DNA of 64,000 nucleotides from an uncultured Omnitrophica bacterium. Its GTDB lineage: Bacteria; Omnitrophota; Gorgyraeia; JACQQV01. The notes beneath the pieces were generated by a model. The model had not been told where the DNA came from, made no database searches, and saw only the letters and a program-made list of their open reading frames with translations. The stretch spans positions 6,110 through 70,109 of the forward strand of contig CAMTXH010000005.1 of NCBI GenBank assembly GCA_947085655.1, in the 5' to 3' direction. Each line of letters starts with the position of its first letter. Position 1 is the first letter of the stretch. Made by a program: the position numbers and the translations under genes. Positions 19,967 through 30,707 of this stretch are shown here, in pieces.

Positions 19967-20632
19967 ATGGTGTACGATATTGCCAAAGAGGAAACCTGGC
20001 GCGTTTTCCGGATTATGGCGGAATTCGTGGATGGTTTTGAGGAGTTGGCCGACCTTGGGCCGGCCATCACCATCTTCGGGTCCAGCCGGGCAAAACCCAA
20101 TAGCCCCCATTACAAGAAAGCGGAAAAATTGGCACGGCTTCTCGTGAAGAAAGGATATGCCGTCGTCACCGGCGCGGGCCCCGGGATTATGGAGGCGGCG
20201 AATAAGGGAGCCGCACAGGCGGGGGGAGAGTCGATCGGTCTCAATATCGAACTTCCCTCCGAGCAGAAGGCGAACCGGTTCGTCAAAAAGCGGCTCGAAT
20301 TCCGGTACTTTTTCTGCCGGCGGGTGATGTTCGTCAAGTATGCCCACGCTTTTGTGATGTTTCCGGGCGGATACGGGACGCTGGATGAATTTTTCGAAAT
20401 TGTGACGTTGATCCAAACAAAAAAAATCCGCCCCGTTCCGGTCATTCTTTTGGGAAAGGAATACTGGAATACCTTTTTGAAATGGGCGAAGGACGTTTTA
20501 TTGCGGGGAGATTATATCCTGCCGGAAGATCTCCGGATCTTTCAGGTCGCCGAGACCCCCGAAGAAACAATCAAGCTGATTCAGCATTATGCCGGCAGAA
20601 AGTTTTCTTCCAAGCCCGTTTCGGAAAAGTAA
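19967..20632 (+). CDS. LOG family protein (TIGR00730, nucleotide 5'-monophosphate nucleosidase-like)
   Basis: ITIFGSSR, VVTGAGPGIMEAANKGA and the PGGYGTLDEFFE motif. Confidence 0.8.
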   Translation: MVYDIAKEETWRVFRIMAEFVDGFEELADLGPAITIFGSSRAKPNSPHYKKAEKLARLLVKKGYAVVTGAGPGIMEAANKGAAQAGGESIGLNIELPSEQKANRFVKKRLEFRYFFCRRVMFVKYAHAFVMFPGGYGTLDEFFEIVTLIQTKKIRPVPVILLGKEYWNTFLKWAKDVLLRGDYILPEDLRIFQVAETPEETIKLIQHYAGRKFSSKPVSEK

Positions 20633-20648
20633 CAAAAAGGAGGGTTGT

Positions 20649-20972
20649 ATGGCTGTATTGGAAGTGACAGACGGCACGTTCCGGAAAGAGGTCCTTGAAT
20701 CCGACAAGCCGGTTGTGGTTGATTTCTGGGCGGCTTGGTGCGGTCCCTGCAAGATGCTTTCGCCGATCGTGGATGAAGTGTCGCAGGGAGAAAAGTCGGT
20801 GAAGTTCTGCAAACTCAACGTGGATGACAATCCGAGCCAGGCGGGAAATTTCCAAATTATGAGCATCCCGACCCTCATCTTCTTTAAAGACGGCAAACCG
20901 GTGGACAAAGTCGTCGGGCTTGTTTCCAAGGACGAATTGGCCAATCGGGTTCAAGGTCTTTTGGCGGAGTGA
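20649..20972 (+). CDS. trxA: Thioredoxin
   Basis: WAAWCGPCK active site; aaaaaggaggg RBS; 107 aa. Confidence 0.9.
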   Translation: MAVLEVTDGTFRKEVLESDKPVVVDFWAAWCGPCKMLSPIVDEVSQGEKSVKFCKLNVDDNPSQAGNFQIMSIPTLIFFKDGKPVDKVVGLVSKDELANRVQGLLAE

Positions 20973-21574
20973 AAAAAATCGCCGTTTTCTGCTCGGGGCA
21001 GGGAACAAACCTTCAAGCCATTATTCGCGCTATCCAGCGCAAACAATTGAAGGCAACACTTGCGCTGGTTGTTTCAGACCGTCCGAAAGCTCCTGCCTTA
21101 AAGCATGCCGCCCAGGCCGGAGTCGAAGCGGTGGTACTCCGACCGCGGGATTATCCTTCCCGAAAGCAGTATGAAGAAACGCTCCTACGACTCCTCCGGA
21201 GCCGGCGGATTGAGGCGGTTGTCCTTGCCGGATTCATGCGAATTTTAAGCCCCCTTTTTGTCCGGGCCTACCGGAACCGGATTCTGAACATCCATCCCGC
21301 TCTTCTCCCCGCTTTTCCCGGGAATCAAGCGGTGCACGAGGCACTGCAGCATGGCGTACGGGTCACGGGGGTGACGGTCCATTTGGTGGATGAAGGGGTG
21401 GACACAGGTCCCATTGTCCTTCAGGAGGTGGTTTTGGTGAAGCCGAATGATACCGAATCAACGTTGCATGAACGGATCCACGAGGTAGAACACCGGCTTT
21501 ACCCGGAGGCCGTTGGATTATTGCTTAAACAGAAGCTCCGGGTCGTGGGACGGAAGGTTGAAATTCTTCGGTAG
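20969..21574 (+). CDS. purN: Phosphoribosylglycinamide formyltransferase
   Basis: GTG start overlapping the trxA stop; KIAVFCSGQGTNLQAII and HPALLPAFPG motifs. Confidence 0.85.
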   Translation: MKKIAVFCSGQGTNLQAIIRAIQRKQLKATLALVVSDRPKAPALKHAAQAGVEAVVLRPRDYPSRKQYEETLLRLLRSRRIEAVVLAGFMRILSPLFVRAYRNRILNIHPALLPAFPGNQAVHEALQHGVRVTGVTVHLVDEGVDTGPIVLQEVVLVKPNDTESTLHERIHEVEHRLYPEAVGLLLKQKLRVVGRKVEILR

Positions 21575-22459
21575 GAGGAGATCGCCGAGGCGGATTTTTT
21601 TCTTCCGGTAGAGTTCCAAAAGTTTCCGGTCTAAAATCAGGGGTTGCCCTAGAAAAGAAGTTTTAATCTCAACGGTGTCGTAGCCCTCGAACTGATACCC
21701 GCGAAGGACCTTCAGGACCACTTCCAGGACTAATGTCAAAATTCTTTCTTCATCCTCCGGCTTCATCTCACCCCAGAGATCCGTACTCCGCTTCTCCATT
21801 TCCAAAGAGAGCATAAACTTTCCGGAGAGGGGCTGTTCTGCTCTGAAAGAAGGGTAAGACATAAACTCCCCTGCGGCAGACCGCAACTCGATTTTCCCGC
21901 GAAGGCGTTCATCCTCACCGACTCCTGACCGAATCCGGTGAGCCATCTGGCGGGCGAGAAAATCTTCCAGGCGGACCTCCTCAAGGAAAAAATCCTCCCC
22001 CTTTTTGTCCCGGAAGATCCCCAGGCCCAGCCCAAGTTCAAAGAGCCCCCGTTTATCAAACTCCGAGCGGGAAATGTCGTAGTAATGAAGCCGGCGGATA
22101 TCCTGGACATACCGGATCAATTTCAGTTCGATTCCGGGAATCCGGGTATCCTGGGCAACGATGACGTAAAAGTCGGGAGGGTCATTGGTGCTGAGCACCA
22201 CGCGGGAGGTGGAGAGGACCACGCTGTTCAACTGGTTGCCGACGACTTCGGGAGAAAGTTGAAGAGTGGAGTCAAAAAGTTTCTCAAGCGGGACATGGAC
22301 GCCAAGGGTGTTGCCGACCCGCTTGACCGTTACGTCCACACCGTACTCTTTACGGCAGAGTTGAACGAGGGAATCCGAGAGCGTATCGCGGGGATAAGTC
22401 GGGCCGCAGCCACTCACCCACAAAGACAATACAAGGATCCAGAGGGGGACAACTTTCAT
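21518..22459 (-). CDS. Lipoprotein of unknown function
   Basis: 313-aa ORF with lipoprotein signal LWILVLSLWVSGC; start overlaps the stop of the upstream FtsH-like gene (ATGA); 3' end overlaps purN by 57 bp. Confidence 0.6.
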   Translation of the reverse strand: MKVVPLWILVLSLWVSGCGPTYPRDTLSDSLVQLCRKEYGVDVTVKRVGNTLGVHVPLEKLFDSTLQLSPEVVGNQLNSVVLSTSRVVLSTNDPPDFYVIVAQDTRIPGIELKLIRYVQDIRRLHYYDISRSEFDKRGLFELGLGLGIFRDKKGEDFFLEEVRLEDFLARQMAHRIRSGVGEDERLRGKIELRSAAGEFMSYPSFRAEQPLSGKFMLSLEMEKRSTDLWGEMKPEDEERILTLVLEVVLKVLRGYQFEGYDTVEIKTSFLGQPLILDRKLLELYRKKKIRLGDLLLPKNFNLPSHDPELLFKQ

Positions 22460-24132
22460 GAAGGGGAGGCAGGAGGATGGATATCGGTCCGTTTTTTCCC
22501 GTACTCGGCAAAGATCGCATCGATTTCGTCGTATTCCAACTCTTCCTTCTTGAGGAGTTCTTCCGCAAACCGGTCGAGGAGTTTTTCCTCCTTTTTCAAC
22601 AGGACCTCAACCTCTTTCAGGCAGCTTTGGAGGATCCGGTTCGTTTCCATGTTGAGTTCGTATTTGAGGCGGTCCGAAAGCATATCGGCCGTAAGTTCCC
22701 GGCCGAGCTTGAATCCGGAGAGGGAAGCGTAGTCGCCGAGGAAACCGTTTTCTCCCATCCCGTATTGCCAGACCATCTGATTCGCCTTCGCGGTTGCGTT
22801 CCGAAAATCGGCCGCCACCCCGTTGGAAGTGGTTTCGAATTTGAGTTTTTCGGCCACGTAGCCGGCGAGAGACGTTTTGATATCGGCCAGAAGCACATTC
22901 CGGTTTTTGGTGTGCCACTCCTCCCGCGGCTGGTGATGCACGACGCCGAGGGCGCCGCCCCTGGCGATAATGGAGGCCTTGAAGACATCGTCCGTCGGAT
23001 GGATGAGGTACAAAACCACCAGATGCCCGCTTTCATGGTAGGCGGTCATCCGCCGCTCTTCCTCCGTCATATGGACCCGGTGTTTCAACCCCATGTCAAT
23101 CCGCTCGAGGGCTTCACTGACATCTTTGTATTCAATGATCTCTTTTCCCTTCCGGGTGGCGATGAGGGCAGATTCCTTCACGACGTTTTCGATGTCCGCC
23201 GGGCTTTTGTAAACCGCTTTTCGGGCTAAACGGGGGATATTGATGGACGAGTCGTGCTTGACCTTCCCGAAATAATATTCGAAAATCTTCTCCCGTTCAT
23301 CGAGATTGGGAAGGGAGATAAAGATTTTCCGGTCAAACCGGCCGGGTCGAAGGAGAGCAGGATCCAGTATCTCTTCTTCGGCGTTTGAAGCGCCGATGAC
23401 AATGACATTGGCGTCTTTTTCATGAAGGCCGTCCATCTCCACCAGGAGCTGGTTCTGGGTGGTGTTGGTCTCTTGGGCCCCTCCCATGAAACTGAAGGTT
23501 CGCGTCCGCCCGATCGCATCCAACTCGTCGATAAAAAGGATACAGGCCCCATAGCCGTAAGCGTAGGTCCGGGCCGTGTCGAAGAGTTTTCGGACCCGGC
23601 TTGCGCCCACGCCGACAAAGATTTCGTTGAATTCACTCGCCGCCATCGAGATAAAGGGGATTTTTGCTTCGGTCGCAATCGCCTTGGCGAGATACGTTTT
23701 CCCGCATCCCGGCGGCCCGATCAAAAGAAGCCCCCGGACAATCTTTCCGCCGATTTTCTTAAGACGCGCCCGGTCCCGGATGAGCTGCACCACTTCCGTC
23801 GCCTCGATTTTGGCTTCCTCCATTCCGATGACATCACTCCACTTGATGTCCATCAAAGCACCCTTGACGGCACTTTTCCCGACACTGGCAAGCCCTCCGC
23901 GGAAGCCGAAAAGGTACATGAAGACAAAAACGGCAGCACTCACGCCGGCCAGCATCACATGAATCGGGAGAGTTGCCAGGGTCATCTGGCGGTAGAAGGA
24001 CTCAAGGGAGCTTAGGCCCCAGACGGCAAGGATTACCAGGATCGCAATGGTCCCGATGACCAGGATCTTCATGCTGTGGAGCAGCCAGAACATCTTTAAC
24101 CGATGTCCTTTGATGACAATATGTTTTGGCAT
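22456..24132 (-). CDS. FtsH-like membrane AAA+ zinc metalloprotease paralog with a very short periplasmic loop
   Basis: Two N-terminal TM helices about 15 aa apart; Walker A GPPGCGKT, Walker B ILFIDELD; M41 HExxH as AYHESGH; 558 aa. Confidence 0.8.
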   Translation of the reverse strand: MPKHIVIKGHRLKMFWLLHSMKILVIGTIAILVILAVWGLSSLESFYRQMTLATLPIHVMLAGVSAAVFVFMYLFGFRGGLASVGKSAVKGALMDIKWSDVIGMEEAKIEATEVVQLIRDRARLKKIGGKIVRGLLLIGPPGCGKTYLAKAIATEAKIPFISMAASEFNEIFVGVGASRVRKLFDTARTYAYGYGACILFIDELDAIGRTRTFSFMGGAQETNTTQNQLLVEMDGLHEKDANVIVIGASNAEEEILDPALLRPGRFDRKIFISLPNLDEREKIFEYYFGKVKHDSSINIPRLARKAVYKSPADIENVVKESALIATRKGKEIIEYKDVSEALERIDMGLKHRVHMTEEERRMTAYHESGHLVVLYLIHPTDDVFKASIIARGGALGVVHHQPREEWHTKNRNVLLADIKTSLAGYVAEKLKFETTSNGVAADFRNATAKANQMVWQYGMGENGFLGDYASLSGFKLGRELTADMLSDRLKYELNMETNRILQSCLKEVEVLLKKEEKLLDRFAEELLKKEELEYDEIDAIFAEYGKKRTDIHPPASPS

Positions 24133-24218
24133 TTTGGCTTCCTTTTAGAGGAATAACTACAAGAAACTTAAGACGTTAAAAAAGTATAGCATAATGGAGG
24201 AAGAAAGTCAATGAAGCC

Positions 24219-24254
24219 CAGACTTACGCCTGCCTGCTGGCAGGCGTAAGTCTG
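24219..24254. repeat. Perfect 16-bp-stem hairpin (cagacttacgcctgcc-tgct-ggcaggcgtaagtctg) in the divergent intergenic region
   Basis: Exact inverted repeat read directly; no flanking T-run; further imperfect hairpins follow at 24270-24370. Confidence 0.7.
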
Positions 24255-24452
24255 TGGCTGAATTGATCCTGAGGGCAAAGCCCGAAGGATCTTCTTGTGA
24301 AGATCCTGCGCTACGCTCAGGATAAATTCGGACGATGACTTAGCTCGCCTGACGGCTCGCTAAGTCATGTCCTCATTGACAAAATGACCATTTCGTGGTA
24401 AAATTAATAATAGCGAAAGTAGTAACGTAAGCCCAAACAAGGAGTTGCGTGC

Positions 24453-24935
24453 ATGAAGGGCTCTCCGGCCGTTGCACAGATGGTTCTCCTTGGAATAGCG
24501 CTTGTTATGGGAGGGACGGTCTTTGCAGAACCGCAGTACTCCCTCGAATCAGCGGGCATTTTTTCTCCGCTTGTGAAAGAACCGCTCAACCCGAAAAACT
24601 CACCCTGTCTTTTTACAGAAAACCCCCCTTGGGCATGGACCTCTTTGCCGAAAGAATGGGAACGGCCTTTTCTGAATGAGGAAGCGGTTTCCGAAGAGGC
24701 ATGGCGGCCCCTTTCGGAAGCGGAAATCCGCCAGCGGGAGAAGGAACTTGCGGAACTGGCGGTCAAAATGAGTGCGGAACTGGCCGATTCGCTTTTTCTT
24801 TCCCGATTTTCCGAGAGCATCCTCTGGACAACCGAACGGTTCAGCGCCACCCAACGCCGTCTCGCCGAGCAGTACCGTCTCCACCTCAACCTTTCGGACG
24901 ATAACGCCACACTCACCTATAACATCACATACTGA
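24453..24935 (+). CDS. Hypothetical secreted protein
   Basis: 160-aa ORF with signal peptide MVLLGIALVMGGTVFA; no recognisable domain. Confidence 0.45.
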   Translation: MKGSPAVAQMVLLGIALVMGGTVFAEPQYSLESAGIFSPLVKEPLNPKNSPCLFTENPPWAWTSLPKEWERPFLNEEAVSEEAWRPLSEAEIRQREKELAELAVKMSAELADSLFLSRFSESILWTTERFSATQRRLAEQYRLHLNLSDDNATLTYNITY

Positions 24936-24939
24936 AGCG

Positions 24940-26358
24940 ATGGCCATCCGATTCGGGACATCCGGCTGGAGAGCCGTCATTGCGGAGGAGTTTACCTTTG
25001 CACGCCTTGCCCTTGTGGTGCAGGCGATTGCCAATACCCTGAAGCAGGACGGGGCGGTTAAACGGGGGGTTGTGGTCGGGTATGACACCCGGTTTCTCTC
25101 GGACGCCTTTGCAAAGGAGGCGGCGGAGGTTCTTGCTTCAAACGGGATCCCGGTTTTGTTATCCAGGCGCGATGTCCCGACGCCCTGCGTTGCGTTCACG
25201 ATTCTCCGCCGGAAAACCCTCGGCGGCATTAACCTGAGTGCCAGTCATAACCCGCCCGAATATGGCGGGATTAAATTCTCTTCATCCTACGGCGGTCCGG
25301 CCGGGATCGAAATCACCCGGCGGATTGAAGAGGAAATTCAGAAACTCCTTCGCAAGAAACACCCATTCAACGGCAGTCAGCATTCAAAACAGATTCATGA
25401 CATTGATCCGGCACCGCCCTACCTGAAACACCTCGCCTTCCTCATCGATTTAAAAACACTCAAGCGCGCGAACCTCCGGCTCATCGTCGACTGCCTCAAC
25501 GGGACAAGCCGTGATTACCTCGACCGATTCCTGAAACCGGTCACCGCCGAGTTGACGGTTTTACGGAATACCCTTGACCCGACCTTTGGCGGCAAGCGAC
25601 CCGATCCGGTCGGAGAAAACCTTTCGGGGCTGATTCGGGAGGTCCGGCGCCGGAGGGCCGATTTGGGATTGGCAACGGATGGCGATGCGGACCGGTTCGG
25701 CATTGTGGATCGAAACGGCCTGTTCATCCCCCCGAACGATGTGATCAGTCTTTTGCTGGAGTATTTGATTGAGACTCGGCCGCGGGCGCCGCTTGTGGCA
25801 CGGACACTTGCCACCACCCACCGGGTCGATGCGATTGCCTCGGCACACGGTCTGGAGGTAGAAGAGACGCCGGTCGGTTTCAAATATATCGGAGAAATTC
25901 TCTCCGGGGGGAAGTGCCTTTTGGGAGCGGAGGAATCGGCCGGACTTTCGATACAACATCATGTTCCGGAAAAAGACGGAATTCTGGCGTGTCTATTGGT
26001 CGCCGAGATGGTCGCCTCCCGGCGGAAGAGTCTCCGGGAAATGATGAGGTCTCTCAACCGGAAGTACGGACCTTTTTATTCGCTCCGCCGCGACCTCGCG
26101 CTTTCACCGGAGTCAAAAAAGCGGTTCCTTTCGCACCTTGCCAAGGAAAAGATCCGGCGTTTCGGACCGTTTCCGGTTTTGCGTCAGGGCCGGATGGACG
26201 GATTCAAATTTTACCTTGAGAAAGAGAACTGGATTCTTCTTCGCCCTTCCGGCACAGAGCCCCTTATCCGTCTTTATATCGAGGGTCGTTCCCAAAAACA
26301 TGTCGCGGAACTCAAGCGGGCCTCGGAGCGCCTCATCCGCCGTCTCTCCTCGTCTTGA
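24940..26358 (+). CDS. Phosphoglucomutase/phosphomannomutase family (alpha-D-phosphohexomutase)
   Basis: MAIRFGTSGWRA start; active-site LSASHNPPEYGG; Mg site LATDGDADRFG. Confidence 0.85.
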   Translation: MAIRFGTSGWRAVIAEEFTFARLALVVQAIANTLKQDGAVKRGVVVGYDTRFLSDAFAKEAAEVLASNGIPVLLSRRDVPTPCVAFTILRRKTLGGINLSASHNPPEYGGIKFSSSYGGPAGIEITRRIEEEIQKLLRKKHPFNGSQHSKQIHDIDPAPPYLKHLAFLIDLKTLKRANLRLIVDCLNGTSRDYLDRFLKPVTAELTVLRNTLDPTFGGKRPDPVGENLSGLIREVRRRRADLGLATDGDADRFGIVDRNGLFIPPNDVISLLLEYLIETRPRAPLVARTLATTHRVDAIASAHGLEVEETPVGFKYIGEILSGGKCLLGAEESAGLSIQHHVPEKDGILACLLVAEMVASRRKSLREMMRSLNRKYGPFYSLRRDLALSPESKKRFLSHLAKEKIRRFGPFPVLRQGRMDGFKFYLEKENWILLRPSGTEPLIRLYIEGRSQKHVAELKRASERLIRRLSSS

Positions 26359-26385
26359 CAAGCTCTGCCAAAGTCGGTATCGTGA

Positions 26386-27938
<1,553 letters not shown>

Positions 27939-27975
27939 GGACGTTTCTACACCTGGCTCTAATCTGTCCCCACTT

Positions 27976-27999
27976 GCCACTTGGATGTGGCTATTTTTT
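27976..27999 (+). terminator. Terminator hairpin shared by convergent ftsB and the SPFH gene
   Basis: gccac-ttggat-gtggc followed by tatttttt. Confidence 0.5.
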
Positions 28000-28743
28000 C
28001 TCGAGGAAAGGTTTGATCAGGTCGATCGGGATCGGGAAAAGGGTCGTTGTGTTTTTCTCGGTCGCCACATCCGCCAGCGTCTGAAGGTAGCGCATCTGAA
28101 GGGCCATCGGATGTTCCCCCATCATCTTGGCCGCCTCCACGAGTTTCGCCGCCGCCTGGAATTCCGCTTCCGCCCCGATGATTTTGGCCCGCTTTTCGCG
28201 TTCCGCCTCCGCTTGTTTGGCCATCGCCCGCCGCATCTCTTCCGGAAGGTCCACATGTTTCACCTCTACCGCAGAGACTTTGATTCCCCACGGATCGGTG
28301 TGCTTGTCGATGATTTCCTGGAGTTGGGCGTTGAGTTTGTCCCGCTCGGTGAGAAGGTCATCCAGTTCCGCCTGGCCCAGGACGCTCCGGAGGGTCGTTT
28401 GGGAGATTTGGGAAGTGGCAAAGAGATAATCTTCCACCTCCACTATCGCCTTGTTCGGATCTATGACCCGGAAATAGACGACGGCGTTCACTTTGAGGGA
28501 AACATTATCTTGAGTAATCACATCCTGGGGCGGCACATCCAGTACCAGCGTCCGGAGACTGATCTTCGCCATCTGCTGGATCGGATGAAAGACAAGCACA
28601 AGACCCGGGCCCTTTGGCTGGGGCGAGAGACGCCCGAGCGTGAAGATGACACCCCGCTCATATTCTCTGAGCACCCGGATGCAGCTGATGCCATACAACA
28701 CCAAAAGTAAAAATACACCGACGGGAGAGAATAAATACGGCAT
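27991..28743 (-). CDS. SPFH/band-7 (stomatin-like) protein
   Basis: N-terminal TM; [17 protein letters not shown]... [19 protein letters not shown]; 250 aa. Confidence 0.85.
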   Translation of the reverse strand: MPYLFSPVGVFLLLVLYGISCIRVLREYERGVIFTLGRLSPQPKGPGLVLVFHPIQQMAKISLRTLVLDVPPQDVITQDNVSLKVNAVVYFRVIDPNKAIVEVEDYLFATSQISQTTLRSVLGQAELDDLLTERDKLNAQLQEIIDKHTDPWGIKVSAVEVKHVDLPEEMRRAMAKQAEAEREKRAKIIGAEAEFQAAAKLVEAAKMMGEHPMALQMRYLQTLADVATEKNTTTLFPIPIDLIKPFLEKK

Positions 28744-28753
28744 GGCGTCCTCC

Positions 28754-30121
28754 TTACTTCTTTGTGAGTTCCACTTTTAACTTCAATCCTTTCACCGAGA
28801 CAACCTTGATCTCGGCGCCCCGTGAAATCGGCTTCTCTGCTTCCGCCTGCCACAGTTCCCCGTGAACAAAGACCTGCCCTTTGTGGGCGGGAGCAAGGTT
28901 TGTCTGCGCGATGCCGACCTCGCCAATCAGCCCTTCCGCGCCGGTCAACACCTGGGTTCGGTGTGCCCGGATGACGAGATTCAACAGAAAAAGAACGATG
29001 ACGGCGGTCGCTGTTACCACCGGAATGATCACCTGAAGCGAAACGCGCATGAATTCATAAGGGGTGTCAAAAAGCATCAGAGAACCGAGGGTCAGGGCCA
29101 CGAGCCCCCCAACGGTCAAAAGACCGAAACTGGTCACCTTCACCTCGAAAATGAGAAGAAGGATCCCGAGGCCGATCAGAAAAAGCGCCGCGTAATTCGT
29201 CGGGAGAACCTGCATGGCATAAAGCGCCAGAACAAGGCAGATCGCCCCTCCGATTCCCGGGAATCCGATTCCCGGGTGGGTGAATTCGAAAAGGAGCCCC
29301 AAAAACCCGAAGAGCATCAAAAGGTACGCCACGTTCGGATGCCCGATGACGGATAAGAGTCTCTGTCTTCCGCTCATCGGGAGCATGACCTGTGCGGCAC
29401 CCGCCGTTTTCAAGGTCTTTGAAGTGCCCGGAAGCTGGACCTTTTTCCCGTCGATCTGCTTCAGAAGCGTGTCGAGGTTTTCCGCAACAAGGTCCACCAC
29501 CTTTTCCTTGATTGCTTCATCCTGGGTGATGGAAACGCTTTCTACCACCGCTTTTTTCGCCCAGGATACATTCCGTCCCCTTGTTTTGGCGATATTCTCG
29601 ACCCAGGCAAGGGTATCGTTCATGATTTTATCGGTGAGGGGATTTTCTTCTTCGATGATTTCTCTTTTTTTCCCCGCCGTCTCCTCCTCAATCCGGCGAA
29701 CGAGTTTGCGAAGACCCCCGCCTTCTCCGAGGACGATCGGATGGGCAGCGCCGATATGGGTGGAGGGAGCCATCGCGGCGATATGACCCGCCAGGGTGAT
29801 AAAAACCCCGGCCGAGCCGGCCCGTGCCCCGGGCGGGGCAACATAGACCACGATTGGGACATCGGCATTCATCATCCGTTTCACAAGCATGTGGGTGGAC
29901 TCCAGAAGTCCGCCGGGCGTGTCGAGCTGGATGATGAGGCATTCCGCCCCTTCCTGTTCCGCCTGTTCGATCGCCCGGTTGAGGTATTCATAGGTGGCGG
30001 AGTGGATAATCTGGTTATCCACCGTGGCGATATAGATTTTGGGAGAGTCGGAAAAAGAGGAAGAAGATAAAAAGAATATCGAAAGGAAAATCGCGCAGTA
30101 GCAGAACCATTTTATACGCAT
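28754..30121 (-). CDS. NfeD-like membrane-bound ClpP-class serine protease (stomatin-operon partner)
   Basis: [20 protein letters not shown] and [36 protein letters not shown]; C-terminal TM and OB-fold domain; directly upstream of the SPFH gene. Confidence 0.85.
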   Translation of the reverse strand: MRIKWFCYCAIFLSIFFLSSSSFSDSPKIYIATVDNQIIHSATYEYLNRAIEQAEQEGAECLIIQLDTPGGLLESTHMLVKRMMNADVPIVVYVAPPGARAGSAGVFITLAGHIAAMAPSTHIGAAHPIVLGEGGGLRKLVRRIEEETAGKKREIIEEENPLTDKIMNDTLAWVENIAKTRGRNVSWAKKAVVESVSITQDEAIKEKVVDLVAENLDTLLKQIDGKKVQLPGTSKTLKTAGAAQVMLPMSGRQRLLSVIGHPNVAYLLMLFGFLGLLFEFTHPGIGFPGIGGAICLVLALYAMQVLPTNYAALFLIGLGILLLIFEVKVTSFGLLTVGGLVALTLGSLMLFDTPYEFMRVSLQVIIPVVTATAVIVLFLLNLVIRAHRTQVLTGAEGLIGEVGIAQTNLAPAHKGQVFVHGELWQAEAEKPISRGAEIKVVSVKGLKLKVELTKK

Positions 30122-30173
30122 GGTGTTATGATATCACAGAATGCGTTTCGGGTGAAGGAGGAAATCTTCCCGT

Positions 30174-30202
30174 TTGACAATGAACGGGATGCTAGGTATA
30201 CT
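30174..30202 (+). promoter_or_regulatory. Consensus sigma70 promoter (TTGACA-17 nt-TATACT) driving the intron-containing tRNA-fMet
   Basis: ttgaca at 30174-30179, 17-nt spacer, tatact at 30197-30202. Confidence 0.65.
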
Positions 30203-30300
30203 AAAAAGACATCGCGGGGTGGAGCCCCTCGCGCCTGCAAGAAGGTCGAGGCGCTCGGGATTCCACCTGGAGTTTGGAGAGATTCAAAGAAGCGATTCGA

Positions 30301-30661
30301 CGCGGGGTGGAGCAGTCTGGTAGCTCGTTGGGCTCAAAGAACACAAGTGGGCTGTTCAGCCGGTAACGGTTGAGCGATTCCTGTCAAATTCGGTGGAGCC
30401 TGTAACAGCCAGTGCTAAGTTGTCAAGGTAATACCGAGCCAAGTCCTGAGCGATGGTGAGAGAGGCCATAAGGCCGAATCGAACCAGAGCCGAAGGAAAG
30501 GTGTAGAGACTAGAGGATAGGCACCCACTACATGGGGTGGGTGAAAGTATAGTCCAGACTACAAACTCTGTTCTCTAAAGGAATAGCGAACGGAGACAGC
30601 GAAAGCTGGAGTAGTACGCATAACCCAAAGGTCCCTGGTTCAAATCCAGGCCCCGCTACCA
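30301..30661 (+). tRNA. Initiator tRNA-fMet (anticodon CAT) split by a group I intron in the anticodon loop; exons 30301-30334 and 30619-30661
   Basis: 5' exon CGCGGGGTGGAGCAGTCTGGTAGCTCGTTGGGCT and 3' exon CATAACCCAAAGGTCCCTGGTTCAAATCCAGGCCCCGCTACCA join to a canonical tRNA-fMet with GGG/CCC in the anticodon stem, unpaired C1/T72 and encoded CCA. Confidence 0.8.
30335..30618 (+). ncRNA. Group I intron, IC3-like (similar to Azoarcus tRNA-Ile and cyanobacterial tRNA introns), about 284 nt, no ORF
   Basis: Exon ends in U and intron ends in G; conserved core blocks GTCAAATTCGG (P3), CCGAGCCAAG (P4/P6), GGTGTAGAGACTAGAGGA (P7 5' and P3 3'), hairpin cacccac/gtgggtg (P8), TAGTC (P7 3'). Confidence 0.7.
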
Positions 30662-30668
30662 GTTTCAA

Positions 30669-30699
30669 AAGGCCACGGTGACCCCGTGGCCTTCTTTTT
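30669..30699 (+). terminator. Rho-independent terminator after tRNA-fMet
   Basis: aggccacgg-tgac-cccgtggcct followed by tcttttt. Confidence 0.75.
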
Positions 30700-30707
30700 C
30701 CTGAGCC

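Noticed and set aside
22477-23229. 250-aa plus-strand ORF
   Set aside because: It lies entirely antisense within the FtsH-like gene, which has unambiguous AAA+ and M41 motifs.
30280-30320. tmRNA-like motif GATTCGACGCGGGGTGG
   Set aside because: No tmRNA tag-ORF, pseudoknots or full tRNA-like 3' domain are present. The match is the tRNA-fMet 5' end plus its leader.
30335-30618. Possibility that the insert in tRNA-fMet is an IS fragment or MITE rather than an intron
   Set aside because: It has no terminal inverted repeats or target duplication. It does show the U/G splice-site rule and several sequence blocks matching the group I IC3 catalytic core. A search is still needed to confirm.
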